Source: a virus
IMG/VR virus record: IMGVR_UViG_3300043448_000837
Location: 1 to 64,000 of that record
Length of the DNA stretch: 64,000 nucleotides
Direction: 5' to 3' (one strand)
In this document: positions 9,626 to 20,000 of the stretch, in pieces
Layout: each line of letters starts with the position of its first letter
How positions within the stretch are numbered: position 1 is the stretch's first letter
Notes under the pieces: generated by a model
Databases searched by the model: none
Told to the model about the DNA's origin: nothing
The model's input: the letters and a program-made list of their open reading frames with translations, nothing else
Position numbers and translations under genes: made by a program

Positions 9626-10705
9626 TTACGGGAAATTCGTGTTTGAGCCGTCGATATACCAGCCGCCAGCATCGTTCGGTTGAGAAATCTGCAGCGTTCC
9701 GCCCAACTCCAGGAAATTGTTGGACGTGATCCAGTTCGGGAAGTCGTTATTCTGCCCGATTGCTCCCCAACCGATGCGGTAATCCGGGGCCTGGTCTCCA
9801 GCTGTATCGGTTGTCCAGCCTGAAAGACCTTTGCCAGAAACCGAGTTGTAGCGTTGAGGAATGCGCCAGGACCGCATAATTCCCTGAGGCGTATCAATGG
9901 CCGAGTCCCCATTCCCTGCGCGAATCGCAGTCATTCCCATCTCGGCCTGCATCTGCTTCAGAGCGGCGTCGTAATCCTTGTAGACGTCTTCTCTGCGGCG
10001 AACCGTGTCGAGATAGTAACGGGCGATTGTGAGTGCGGTGCGGCGGCGATTGCTTGTAATTAGCACCATGCCAGCCTTGCCTGACTGCTCAATGTACGAG
10101 TCAATCAGAGAGTTGGCGTCTTGAATCGCCATGTGCAGCTTCGCCACATTCACTGTCGTGGCTGCTGCGTCGTCAATGTTTGTTAGCTGAATGGCTTCTT
10201 TGAGGCCGAACGCGATAATGAAGTCGTCGGGTGAAGCACTCCTCGGGTCGGTCTTGTTGTTTGTGAGTACGCCGGAACGGTTCTGGTAAGGGAAGCCGTA
10301 TCCGCCGATGGTTTGGCCCAGGTTAGACTGAACTCGAGAGCCATCGGTTGTTTCATCCGGTGCAAGAGTGTTTCTCGCTGCAACGCGATAAAAAGCTCGA
10401 GAGGCGTTGCGTTTCTTGACAACGTCGTTCGCCGTAGGGGGAATCGGCCCGCGCAGGCAAAGGTTGAGGTCAAGAGGCGGTTCGTAGGAAACGAATGCTT
10501 GGTCCCAGGGGGTTAGAGTGCTGTCCAATCCAAGAGACACCATCGTGTCCGAAGAATAGATCAGGGTTTCCACCCCGTACTGCCCGTAATTGACGGTGAA
10601 GGAAGTGAGCGGAACCGGAACATTTGTGTCCAGTGGCGCGTCAAAGTACAGAACAACCGTCGTCGGTGTCGAAACTAGAATTTCCTTGATCTTAGGCGCA
10701 GCCAT
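9626..10705 (-). CDS. Head-tail connector (Mu gp36/DUF1320-like) fused to an N-terminal Ig/SwmB-like domain
   Basis: AIQDANSLIDSYI...ALTIARYYL...YKDYDAALKQM; N-terminal VVLYFDAPLD..PLTSFTVN. Confidence 0.7.
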   Translation of the reverse strand: MAAPKIKEILVSTPTTVVLYFDAPLDTNVPVPLTSFTVNYGQYGVETLIYSSDTMVSLGLDSTLTPWDQAFVSYEPPLDLNLCLRGPIPPTANDVVKKRNASRAFYRVAARNTLAPDETTDGSRVQSNLGQTIGGYGFPYQNRSGVLTNNKTDPRSASPDDFIIAFGLKEAIQLTNIDDAAATTVNVAKLHMAIQDANSLIDSYIEQSGKAGMVLITSNRRRTALTIARYYLDTVRRREDVYKDYDAALKQMQAEMGMTAIRAGNGDSAIDTPQGIMRSWRIPQRYNSVSGKGLSGWTTDTAGDQAPDYRIGWGAIGQNNDFPNWITSNNFLELGGTLQISQPNDAGGWYIDGSNTNFP

Positions 10706-10713
10706 CAGCTTCC

Positions 10714-11136
10714 TCAGCTATAAAGATTGGTACGAGGGTCGTTGGAGAACGGGTGGAAGTACTCACTCACCCAGAACGAATAAGCGTCTTGTGGAACTTG
10801 AATGACGTAACCGTCCCACTCCCGGTATTTGCAATTTTGAAGGTAATTCGCAGCCAACCGGAGCGGCCACTCGTCTCTCCAGTTCACTTCCCAGGAGTCG
10901 ATTGTAACAAGAAAACCTTCGATCGTGTAGTCGATTCGAGCAACGATTGAACCGCCGCGCTGCTCATCATCAGCGTAAGGCGGATTGCTATAGTCGAAAG
11001 TTTCTGAGACTCGATCGAAAATCTCCCCGTCCCACTTCACCAATAGGTAACGTAACTCACTCGGAGGATCTTCGTAGTAGAGAAAATCCTGAAAGAGCCA
11101 AGTGGGCGATTGAATTCCGGGACGACGAATTGCCAT
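10714..11136 (-). CDS. Hypothetical virion-module protein
   Basis: ORF in the late operon. Confidence 0.65.
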   Translation of the reverse strand: MAIRRPGIQSPTWLFQDFLYYEDPPSELRYLLVKWDGEIFDRVSETFDYSNPPYADDEQRGGSIVARIDYTIEGFLVTIDSWEVNWRDEWPLRLAANYLQNCKYREWDGYVIQVPQDAYSFWVSEYFHPFSNDPRTNLYS

Positions 11137-11139
11137 AGT

Positions 11140-11943
11140 TCAAGAGGGAGGTTTGTACCAGGTGGCTTTTCCGCCGTAGGGGTTTGGGCGAGGAGAAGTT
11201 CCGTAAGCAGAGTTTTTGCTCATTTCCTTTGCCGAAGTGGGGAAAACAAAGTCCCAAATGGATTGCTCCTTGACAGGCTGTTCTGCGTCGCCACGGCTGT
11301 CGTTTGGCTGAGTTCCATCGTTTTCGCCTGCATGACCATGCGCTAAGTCAACGTGGCGGACCCAGATATAGTTGCCGTTTCGTTTCAGACAGACACACAA
11401 CCAGTCGGAGCTCATTGGTCCCCCTTCTTCAATCACGGTGCAACCGTGGTTTTCTTTGGATGCGGGCGGAAGGCTTCCTGCGGGGTATACCGGCAGCCGA
11501 ATCATCGTGCTGTTGTCCGGCATCTTAAGGTTTTTCTCTGCCTTTGAAGTCAGAAGTTGGGGGTCGTACAAGACATCTTGGAGGATGGCGTACTGGTACT
11601 CCCCGCTTGACGGTACGATGTTTACACGCTTTCCGACCAATCCTTTCGGTTGTTTCCCCTTGAACGCAGGGGAAGTGTCAATCCAATGCGATGGTTTGGC
11701 TTGTTGGCCTTCGCGCTCGGCGGAAAACTCTCCGGTGGCACCAGAGATTTGGGGGATTTCGATGTTGTGGTCGTCAAAGATGACCTTCACTCTCCCCCGA
11801 TCCAGCGGATCGTTGATATCCACAATCGTTCCACGCAGAGTTCCCCGAGGCAGTCCAGCAAACTTCATGTTCGCCTCAGTTGCATTGAGCATTGCAACAA
11901 ACTGGCTTACAAATTCAGAAGCTCTGAGTTTGGGTTGGTGCAT
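11140..11943 (-). CDS. Baseplate spike/hub protein (gpV/gp5 OB-fold)
   Basis: RGTIVDINDPLDRGRVKV...SHWI. Confidence 0.75.
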   Translation of the reverse strand: MHQPKLRASEFVSQFVAMLNATEANMKFAGLPRGTLRGTIVDINDPLDRGRVKVIFDDHNIEIPQISGATGEFSAEREGQQAKPSHWIDTSPAFKGKQPKGLVGKRVNIVPSSGEYQYAILQDVLYDPQLLTSKAEKNLKMPDNSTMIRLPVYPAGSLPPASKENHGCTVIEEGGPMSSDWLCVCLKRNGNYIWVRHVDLAHGHAGENDGTQPNDSRGDAEQPVKEQSIWDFVFPTSAKEMSKNSAYGTSPRPNPYGGKATWYKPPS

Positions 11944-11945
11944 GC

Positions 11946-12200
11946 TCAGATGTCCTTACGAAACTGTGAGAATTTCGGTAAGTTTCGGGGATGGCGTTTG
12001 GGCGGAACGGGTGCAACCGGCGGAGAAATCGTTCGACCTGTCGGTTTCGGCTTCAAAGGTTCTTTTACCGTTTCAACTACTTCAACTGTTTCCGAAGGAG
12101 TTTCAACCGTTTCTTCCAAGCTAAATGTTGATTCGTCTTCCATAGTTTCAATTGTACTCGGTTCGATCTGCGAAGGTGTTTTGCGTCGTCTAGGGGCCAT
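11946..12200 (-). CDS. Hypothetical low-complexity late protein
   Basis: Late motif at 12223-12230. Confidence 0.6.
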   Translation of the reverse strand: MAPRRRKTPSQIEPSTIETMEDESTFSLEETVETPSETVEVVETVKEPLKPKPTGRTISPPVAPVPPKRHPRNLPKFSQFRKDI

Positions 12201-12275
12201 CTGTGGGTTAAAGACTGGTAACTTTTACCCCCTCGGGGGCACACGGAAACTGTGTGCGACAGCCTTGTGGTTAGG

Positions 12276-15200
12276 TTAAGGCCCAGGCCAGATTTGTGTC
12301 GCGTCGGCATTATATTTCCAGTCGTCAACAGATTGGAACCATGACGAGGACGCAACTGGTGGCGGAACAGGCGGTCCAGGTACGGTGGAAACCACCAAAT
12401 CGAAAGTTTGAGCTGAGTTTTGGAAGCTAAGGGTAGGGGCAATTGTTGGAACATTCGATTCTGGAACTATGCTCATGGACACACTTGTCGCGGTAATCGT
12501 GGGAGGACCAATTACTGGCAAAGTGGTTGGGTTGATTTCACTGCGAGCGTAGAGACCATAACCCGGCGGGTTGTCAGCAAAGATTGGAGTTCCACCTGCA
12601 GCCAAGGGCTGAAGGAAATCTAGAGAGGAAACGTATTTGTAAGCAGCGGTTCCACCACCACCACCATACAGGCCAATTCCACTTGGCGTAATAATCACAC
12701 GCTGGTTTACCGTATCGAGACTCGCTGCGGCAGAGTAGGGGCTTATTCCGTTCACCTGTGTGAAGAAACTCACTTCATTCAGGTTCCAGTCGTAGTCAAT
12801 CAAATTCACAAGGCTTGGCCAACCAGGCATTCCAAGGTCCGAGTAAAAGTTGACGTAACTGTTCCAAATATAGAAACCAGTGGTCGAGGGTTGCATAGAT
12901 GTTGCCCAACCCGAGAAAGTCCTTGTTTCAATCGGTTGGAAAAACTCATCTAAGAGGTGAATTCTTCCGTTGCTACCTTCTAGAAGGAGATAGCCCCCCG
13001 ACTCAGGATGAAAGAGAATAGCGTATATAGAAATGCCACCAAGATCGACCGCTTGAACAACGTTTGTAAACGTTTCGTCTACCTCTACCAAAAACCGGTC
13101 GTAAGGAAGTCCATTTAGAATTCCAGCCAAAACCCAGTTTCCGTTCGGTTTTTGATCAGCGGCAATAATGCGCCAAACAGGTAGACTGTCCGGTCGCGAG
13201 AAAGAGAATCGTTTTAGGAACGAGCCATTCGTAACGTCAATTAAATTGCAGACGTGAGGTTGATACTGCTGCAACTCCGAGACAAGCATCTGAGTTCTGG
13301 CATTATTCAGTGCACGAAGTTCCCAGTTCTGTTCGTAACTGCCGTCAAGAGCTTGATTGTAAATCGTCTGACCGGAAGAGTTGAGACAAATGAAGTGGTG
13401 ATTTCCGTTGTTGTCGTCTACGACAGTTAAAACTTTGTCGTCCGGCAGTGAGTGAACCGTTTGAGAAACCGCAACCGGACCCCATTCATACTGAGTGTTG
13501 GGTGGTGAAATAGTTTTTGACCACTCCAAATTTCCAAAAATTGAGAATTTACTCAACTCTGACCCTGTGCTGTTGGCAATGAAAGAGTAGATCTCCCCTC
13601 CTGGCCCCACGGCCGAGTTGTGACTGTTGACAGCCCCTTCGTCAATCGTGCTGTAGGCTAACCAACGGTTCGCCAAATTGTTGTACAAAATGTTCCAACC
13701 TTTGGCCTCCAAGTTGTCGAAAGCGACAATAGCGGGGGCAGTCCAGTCTCCGTAGGCAGCGTTAGTTCCTAACGAAATATCGAGAATTCCGTTAAGGGCT
13801 CCGCCGGCATCAATGGAAACCAGAATGTTTTCGATGCTCTCAGCTGTAAGCGCACATTCCCGCCAAGCCACGGTGAAGTTAGTAGCTGCACAGTTGTCGA
13901 AAAGATTAGGGGGAAAGTCGGCTAGGTTTGTGCAGTTAAGCCAAGTTGCCTCAAAAATCGTGCCGTTGTCAAAGTTCAGAGCGGGGAAGGAAGTCAGGCC
14001 GGTGCAACCTTGCCAGGTTCCGGTAAATCCGAGACTTTGGAAATTATTTTGGCCCCCAAACACTGACCCTGAACTGGTATCAATCAGTGGGAAAGATGTA
14101 AGACTTGAGTTGTTTCTCCATGCCCCGTCAAAAGTTGTAACATTACTTGTGTTGAGAAGCGGGAAAGAAGTAAGACCACTACAATCCAACCAGGTGTACC
14201 CTAAAGTAGTACAACTGCTTGTGTCTATGAGCGGGAAAGAAGTAAGTGAATTACACTCTCGCCAAGTATCGTTTAAATTACCCACCGAAGACGTGTCGAT
14301 TAGTGGGAAAGAAGTCAGGGACGAGCAACGCATCCAAGCCCTATAAAGGCTGGTAGCTGAACTCGTATCCAGGGGGGGGAAAGTTTCAAGATCGTAACAA
14401 TTTTGCCAAGTTCCCGAGAAAGATGTGATACCCGAAGTATTCAGTAAAGGGAATGAAGTTAAACTTTCGCAATTTAACCACGTTCTCACTAATGAGTTTA
14501 GTGGTTGACCCGGACTACCCGGAGGTTTCAATGTTATTTGAGGGAATGATGTGAGTGAATAACACTCTCCCCATGTCTCTTCCAGATTGTAAGCATTACT
14601 GAAATCTAGTTGGGGGAATGATGTAAGACTATTGCAACCCCACCAAGCTCTAAGGAAACCCACCCCATTGCTGGTATTGATGGTTGGGAACGAGGTTAAC
14701 CCGCCGCACCCGTACCAGGTCTCATAAAAACTGAGTCCGGACCCCGTATCGATCTGCGGGAAAGAGGTCAGAGACGAGCAATTTCTCCAAGTTCTAGTAA
14801 AACCCGTGGCGGAAGATGTGTCTATAGCGGGAAAAGATGCCAGACTAGTGCAACCTTCCCAAGCCCCTCCCCCAAAACCATTTCCAAGAACTGTGGCAGA
14901 ACTGAAGTCAAGCAAAGGGAAAGACGTTAGAGAATTGCACCCCGCCCAAGTTCCCGTAAACGTGGTCCCTGATTCAATAACTGTAAACGGAAAACTGGTC
15001 AAACTGGTGCAGTTTTTCCAGGTTCGGTCGAAAAGATTGGCTGAACTCAGGTTCAGGTTTGGTTGAAAACTTGTGAGGCTGGAACAACCCTCCCACGTTG
15101 AGACGAACTCGGTTGCGTCGGCTAACTGATAGTACAGGTTTAGTGTTGCAATACTTTGCATCGCAGAGCAGCCGTCCCAGGTTCGGTAGAAGTTAACTCC

Positions 15201-15314
15201 CGAACTCAAATCTTTGGGCGGAAAATTGACTATAGACGTGCAATTACGCCAACCGTCAGAGAAATCTACCACCCCGGTCGTATTTACATTAGGGTCGCAG
15301 TTGAAGGATGGCAT
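12276..15314 (-). CDS. BspA/DUF285-like repeat protein with a C-terminal beta-rich (propeller-like) region; putative adhesin
   Basis: About 19 repeats of TWxxCxSLTSFPxIDTSS, about 24 aa each. Confidence 0.85.
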   Translation of the reverse strand: MPSFNCDPNVNTTGVVDFSDGWRNCTSIVNFPPKDLSSGVNFYRTWDGCSAMQSIATLNLYYQLADATEFVSTWEGCSSLTSFQPNLNLSSANLFDRTWKNCTSLTSFPFTVIESGTTFTGTWAGCNSLTSFPLLDFSSATVLGNGFGGGAWEGCTSLASFPAIDTSSATGFTRTWRNCSSLTSFPQIDTGSGLSFYETWYGCGGLTSFPTINTSNGVGFLRAWWGCNSLTSFPQLDFSNAYNLEETWGECYSLTSFPQITLKPPGSPGQPLNSLVRTWLNCESLTSFPLLNTSGITSFSGTWQNCYDLETFPPLDTSSATSLYRAWMRCSSLTSFPLIDTSSVGNLNDTWRECNSLTSFPLIDTSSCTTLGYTWLDCSGLTSFPLLNTSNVTTFDGAWRNNSSLTSFPLIDTSSGSVFGGQNNFQSLGFTGTWQGCTGLTSFPALNFDNGTIFEATWLNCTNLADFPPNLFDNCAATNFTVAWRECALTAESIENILVSIDAGGALNGILDISLGTNAAYGDWTAPAIVAFDNLEAKGWNILYNNLANRWLAYSTIDEGAVNSHNSAVGPGGEIYSFIANSTGSELSKFSIFGNLEWSKTISPPNTQYEWGPVAVSQTVHSLPDDKVLTVVDDNNGNHHFICLNSSGQTIYNQALDGSYEQNWELRALNNARTQMLVSELQQYQPHVCNLIDVTNGSFLKRFSFSRPDSLPVWRIIAADQKPNGNWVLAGILNGLPYDRFLVEVDETFTNVVQAVDLGGISIYAILFHPESGGYLLLEGSNGRIHLLDEFFQPIETRTFSGWATSMQPSTTGFYIWNSYVNFYSDLGMPGWPSLVNLIDYDWNLNEVSFFTQVNGISPYSAAASLDTVNQRVIITPSGIGLYGGGGGTAAYKYVSSLDFLQPLAAGGTPIFADNPPGYGLYARSEINPTTLPVIGPPTITATSVSMSIVPESNVPTIAPTLSFQNSAQTFDLVVSTVPGPPVPPPVASSSWFQSVDDWKYNADATQIWPGP

Positions 15315-15316
15315 GG

Positions 15317-15829
15317 CTATTCAGGGGTATTAACGGTGAAAGATGTCAGGCTATTGCAGTTTCGCCAGGAGGCTTCGAAGTTATACAGCGTAGGAATGTC
15401 GGTGATTGTAAAATTTGCCGAAGTGCTAGGCTTGCCGGTGGCTATTCCTTGCAGTGTGAAAGTAGCGACATCGTTGTTCGTCCCGGGGTCAACTTGTGTC
15501 AGAATCGGGGTTGAGCCAAAGTTTCCGGTGATTGTGATATTGCCACTGGTTGTGACAAGTTTTGCGCTACCTGTTACTATAAAGGGGATTACAGTGCCAT
15601 CTGCAACGTTGGTTGTGTTGACAGAGGCTGTAAAAGTGCTCCCTTCTCCTGCACTTGAAGGGGTAACTGCTGTAGAAAATGCGGGAGAGGGAGGCGGTGG
15701 TGCCGGAACCGTAAAAACTCTTTGCGGCGCCAAGGTGCCGAAATCAGGTTTCTTCGCCGAAGGTCTTATCCAAATGCCCTCGTTAATGTAAACTCCGGGC
15801 GCTTTGCCCGTATCACCCTGCCTAGCCAT
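15317..15829 (-). CDS. Virion accessory protein: sheath-arm-like N-terminus, Ig-like domain, single BspA repeat
   Basis: MARQGDTGKAPGVYINE...; ends FEASWRNCNSLTSF. Confidence 0.75.
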   Translation of the reverse strand: MARQGDTGKAPGVYINEGIWIRPSAKKPDFGTLAPQRVFTVPAPPPPSPAFSTAVTPSSAGEGSTFTASVNTTNVADGTVIPFIVTGSAKLVTTSGNITITGNFGSTPILTQVDPGTNNDVATFTLQGIATGKPSTSANFTITDIPTLYNFEASWRNCNSLTSFTVNTPE

Positions 15830-15860
15830 CCTATCACAAGCATTATAAGGTTTTTTACCC
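15697..15860. repeat. Direct repeat copy 1 (promoter plus first ~42 codons); copy 2 at 16890-17053
   Basis: Visibly near-identical DNA, e.g. ccctcgttaatgtaaactccggg...tgcccgtatcaccctgcct.gccatcct...ttttaccc. Confidence 0.9.
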
Positions 15861-15876
15861 GCTCACAGTCTAGGGC

Positions 15877-17022
15877 TCAGTCAAAGAATCCACTAGGGGG
15901 AGGGCCACCTATAAGCCAATTTCCAGCCTGGTCGGTATAACCTGTGATGTATGGGGGAGGATCTGTTACTGGTCCGGTCCATGGGTAGTTTAAGCCGAAG
16001 AATGTGTAGTTCGGATCGGCTAAGGTGGATATAAGGGGGACGTTTAGATGCCACATTTTCTTTCCTTGGTTAGGGGGAACGGGCGGAATGGGGTCAAAAG
16101 TGAAAGCAGCAGCGACCCTTGTGTAACTAGCCTGTATAGAAACGTTTACAAAACCCTCGCTAGTGTTTCCGGCGAGGTCTGTAACACGGAAGTGGAATGG
16201 TTCACTCACACCGGTGTAGTAAGGAGGGGTGTAAGGGCTGAGGTTAAGGACTATCGGGTTGGTTAAATCAACAGTGTACTCAAAATCACCGTTTGAGCCC
16301 AGGATAAAGATACCGTAAGACCCAACAGAATCACTGATAAGCTCAAAAATTTGGTTACTTGGTCCCCCCGTACCTACAACGGGTGGCATGGAAACTACCG
16401 GAAGGGTTGGATCGGGCCCAGGGGTGTTAACCTCCCCTGTCAGCAGGTTTCCACCGATGGTTTCAAGAATGCTTCGAATATAGATATTCTGCTGTATTGC
16501 AACAGGGAGTATATCCTCGTAGATGGTTCCAACCACTGGGTTGATCGTTACCGGCGTGTACCCGGAACCCGAAACCAAGGTAATTTCAACAGTTTCGCTG
16601 GATACGATCGAGGCGGCTGGGTCTGGGTCAATCGTAATTTGACCAGTGGTTTGCCCTGCAGGAATGAGAATGCTTCCGCTGGTTGGCGAGAAAGAAGCGG
16701 CACCAGACTGAGTGTAGTCCGTTCCAAGAATCGCCGTCCCCCCAACGTTGAAATTAATAGCCAGCGGGTCAACAGTTGACCCGGTCCGCGTGAAGCTGAA
16801 AACAATGTTAGTTGCCCCGGTATTAACGACTGCGGTAGGCGAGGCAGTTAATGTGATTAGTGCTTCTGCCGGAGGTGGTGGAGGAGGTGATGGTGCCGGA
16901 ACCGTAAAGACTCGTTGAGGTCCCGCGACACCGAAGTCAGGTTTCTTCGTCGAAGGTCTTACCCAAATACCCTCGTTAATGTAAACTCCGGGTGCCTTGC
17001 CCGTATCACCCTGCCTGGCCAT
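15877..17022 (-). CDS. Virion accessory adhesin: sheath-arm-like N-terminus plus Calx-beta-like and VCBS-like domains
   Basis: Start reassigned to MARQGD at 17022; FTRTGST..LAINFNVGGTA..GTDY..IPAGQT (Calx-beta); GSYGIFILGSNGDFEYT..FHFRVTD (VCBS). Confidence 0.75.
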   Translation of the reverse strand: MARQGDTGKAPGVYINEGIWVRPSTKKPDFGVAGPQRVFTVPAPSPPPPPPAEALITLTASPTAVVNTGATNIVFSFTRTGSTVDPLAINFNVGGTAILGTDYTQSGAASFSPTSGSILIPAGQTTGQITIDPDPAASIVSSETVEITLVSGSGYTPVTINPVVGTIYEDILPVAIQQNIYIRSILETIGGNLLTGEVNTPGPDPTLPVVSMPPVVGTGGPSNQIFELISDSVGSYGIFILGSNGDFEYTVDLTNPIVLNLSPYTPPYYTGVSEPFHFRVTDLAGNTSEGFVNVSIQASYTRVAAAFTFDPIPPVPPNQGKKMWHLNVPLISTLADPNYTFFGLNYPWTGPVTDPPPYITGYTDQAGNWLIGGPPPSGFFD

Positions 17023-17053
17023 CCTGCTACAAGCGTTATAGGGGTTTTTACCC
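16890..17053. repeat. Direct repeat copy 2 (promoter plus first ~42 codons)
   Basis: Matches 15697-15860. Confidence 0.9.
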
Positions 17054-20000
17054 TTATCCGGGTGTCGGCAAGATTGTAACGGTGATTGGCTCTCCGGGTC
17101 CGGAAGGCTCGGCAGGGCAGTCCGGTGTGATGTAAAGAGTTTGAGGTTGCGTTTCAGCAAATCTCCACGCTGCTTCCTGCTGAACGTCGAAGAAACCGTC
17201 CTCCGCAGCGGACGCATCGGCCACAAAGTATGCGTAACCGATCTTGTAGTTGTTTGCATCTACATCGTAAGTTTTTGACGGATTGTCGCAGGTTGGGGGG
17301 AACTTGTAAATGCTTGCGTCCCATACTGGCGCTTCAATTAACTCCACCGCCCCATCCAAAAGGTCATTCACATAGTACCCTGAAAGGAAACTGCATGCGT
17401 TGATGTTCAAGTAAACACCTTGCCAGTTACCGAAACCTTCTTTGGAGAAATCTACGAGTCGGTTGTGAAGAGGGTCGTACTCCACAAACTGCGCTTCCGT
17501 GAAATCGTCGTAGTCAATGTCGACGATTGGGCGAACCGAAGCATTTGTGTAGGACGCATCCACAAACGAGAAATCGTCGTACAGGACGGTGGAGTAGAAG
17601 TAAGGCTCAGAATACACATAGGTGTAGTCCGTTCTATCACCCCGGAGGGAAACTTCTTCGTAAATTTCCGGAAGGCTCGCAGGTGGCGGACAATCCATTC
17701 TCTCCGGCTCGATGTTGCTACCGAAGTAAGAGAAATCTTCGCAAACCAGGGCAGTCTTCTGCCACAGTGCTCCATTGCGACCGTAATCAAGAGGGAGACG
17801 AACGAAGAAACGTTGCCAGTTATCAAGAGCTGGCCCGTTGTTGAGGTCCGCTACCAGCGGGTTCGGATAAGTCCCCCGCGCAATCAAACTCTCTGAGTCT
17901 GAGCTTTGAAGGTGCTGGGTCTTCCACAACCTTAGGGGGGTTTCAGCGTCGTACACATTAGGCGACATCTTGTAAATCACACCGCTGAAAACCAACGACG
18001 AGATGTCCAGACGATACGAAGAGGTCAGTGAGTCAGAGATTTCAATCCGGGGGAATTGTGTTTTTCCCTGAAGGTTGAAAGCTCGGTATGTGAAACTGTA
18101 AGAACCTACTACTGTTGTGGTTTCGTAGGAAATGTTGTAGTTTGCTGTTACGAGGCTTTGCCCGTCCTCGAGCAAGTTCCCATCGCAATAGAAACGTATT
18201 GTACTAGGGTCGTAAGTGCTTGGCGGAGATGAAAGTGCCACGTTGTCATTCAAGGGGGTCCACCCGCTTTCAAGCAAAATCTGAGCATTACGTGCTCCTA
18301 CGTTCGCGTCAGCGTAATCCCACCACAGTTCGCCTTCCAGCGGACCATCATAAAGAGAACTGTCCGCAATAAACTTCAAGATTGAGTCTGGAAACAAGGT
18401 CCAGTCAAAGTTATTTTCTTCCTTGCACAGGATTGTTTGGTATTGCCCTGAGACCACAAACTCTAAATTGTTGATCGAGTAATTTGAAGTGGACGGCGAA
18501 AGCCCATCTGAGTTGTAAACGTAGGTCGGCACATTTAACGGTATACCTTGACTCGCCGCAGAGAAGTCGAACTCGTTCTGAAATAGGAAACGAATCGGAA
18601 CCCAGTACTGCGTTCCAGGCTGAGGGTACAGGTACAAACTACCAGGACCAGGGAATCCCCCTTCAATGCCCAGAATATTCGCCGAGTCGGTCAAACCTTG
18701 TATGTCAACAATGACGATGCAAGTCGTATTTTCTGGTACCTGGCCGAAGCCTGACAAAAAGGAATCGACATCCGGAAACACAAAGTCAGGGATCAACTCT
18801 TGTTCAGGTGCTTCTCGGTAGGTGACTTCCACCCAAAATGGGCAATCACCTTCTTGCTTCACTTGGACCGCGAGTTTTCCTGTGGAGCTGTTCCACCAAA
18901 GTTTTCCTGGCGGCAGATCACCTGGAATGCCCGCATCAACTTCAGCCCGCTGTGCATAAACCCGGTCTACCAGATCGTTGAACTCCAGACTTCTCTCAAG
19001 AGTGGGGAAATATAGGGACTTTTCTTCGTCGTACCCGTGAATGGAAAGACTGTCGAACGCCAAGTTAAATGGCAGCGCACCGCCTTTGTTCCCCCACGCT
19101 CCCCGGAAATTCTCAAGGCTGCAAGACCCTCCCCAATCAGACGGGTCAACCCAACTTTGAATCTTAACTTCCAGGCTATAGCCATCTGTCGACAGAAATG
19201 CGGTAACTCCTACAGAAGTCGGGGTCAGATTGGCCGGCAGTCTAAGCACCCAGCGCTCAATCGTTTCGTCGTACTCAGGGGCGATATCTACACTCAGGGA
19301 ACTGCTGTACGACAGGAACACAGGTTTGTCGAACGCATACACAGATCCCGCGAACAAGATTGGGAAGAGGTAAGGGAAAAGTTCGCCGGTGTCGTAACTC
19401 GGGAACAAAATAAGTTTCCCAATAGTTGGAGGCGGAACATCGAACAAAGTCGGACCATCAAACAAAGTCGTTACGGGACTAAAGGATAGTTCTTCTTTGC
19501 AGTGGAAAGAGTTATCTCCAGCAACTCCGATGCTCGGGCGAAGAAACGGTGCGGGTCTTGCGCTAGGTACGTCAATTCGCAGCTGAACATTGCTGTTGAT
19601 CTTGGTGAAGAATGTGTCGTCTACTTCCCCAAAGTTCAGAAGCATTCTGCCGGAAGTTTCCGAGAGCGACTGAATGGTGTAACTATCGGTGTCAAGGTAT
19701 GCCGTCTGCCCTGCGGAAATTCGGTCGTCTCTTTCAATCTCAACGACTGCAACATTCGGTGAGGAAAAATCTTCAATATTGTCCCAAGTTCTGACAGAGA
19801 AGACACGAGGAAGAACGAAATTGTTGTATACTCCGAACGTTCCCCCTAGAAGTTGCCTTTTCTGAGAAACGGTTTCAGGGAGATTTGTCCAGTAGTTGCT
19901 TCCGCTCCAACCCAGCATTTGCGCCAGGAAGTCCAGTTGCCCGTTTACTCGTGACTTGGCAAGGTCAACCTGAGTGGTTTGCTCGGGTGACAGATACTTG

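Noticed and set aside
15310-15325. Programmed frameshift or readthrough joining the 170-aa and 1012-aa ORFs
   Set aside because: The ORFs are in different frames, with a TGA just upstream in the downstream frame and no slippery heptamer
15697-17053. Diversity-generating retroelement TR/VR pair
   Set aside because: The repeats are N-terminal, mismatches are not adenine-specific, and there is no reverse transcriptase in the window
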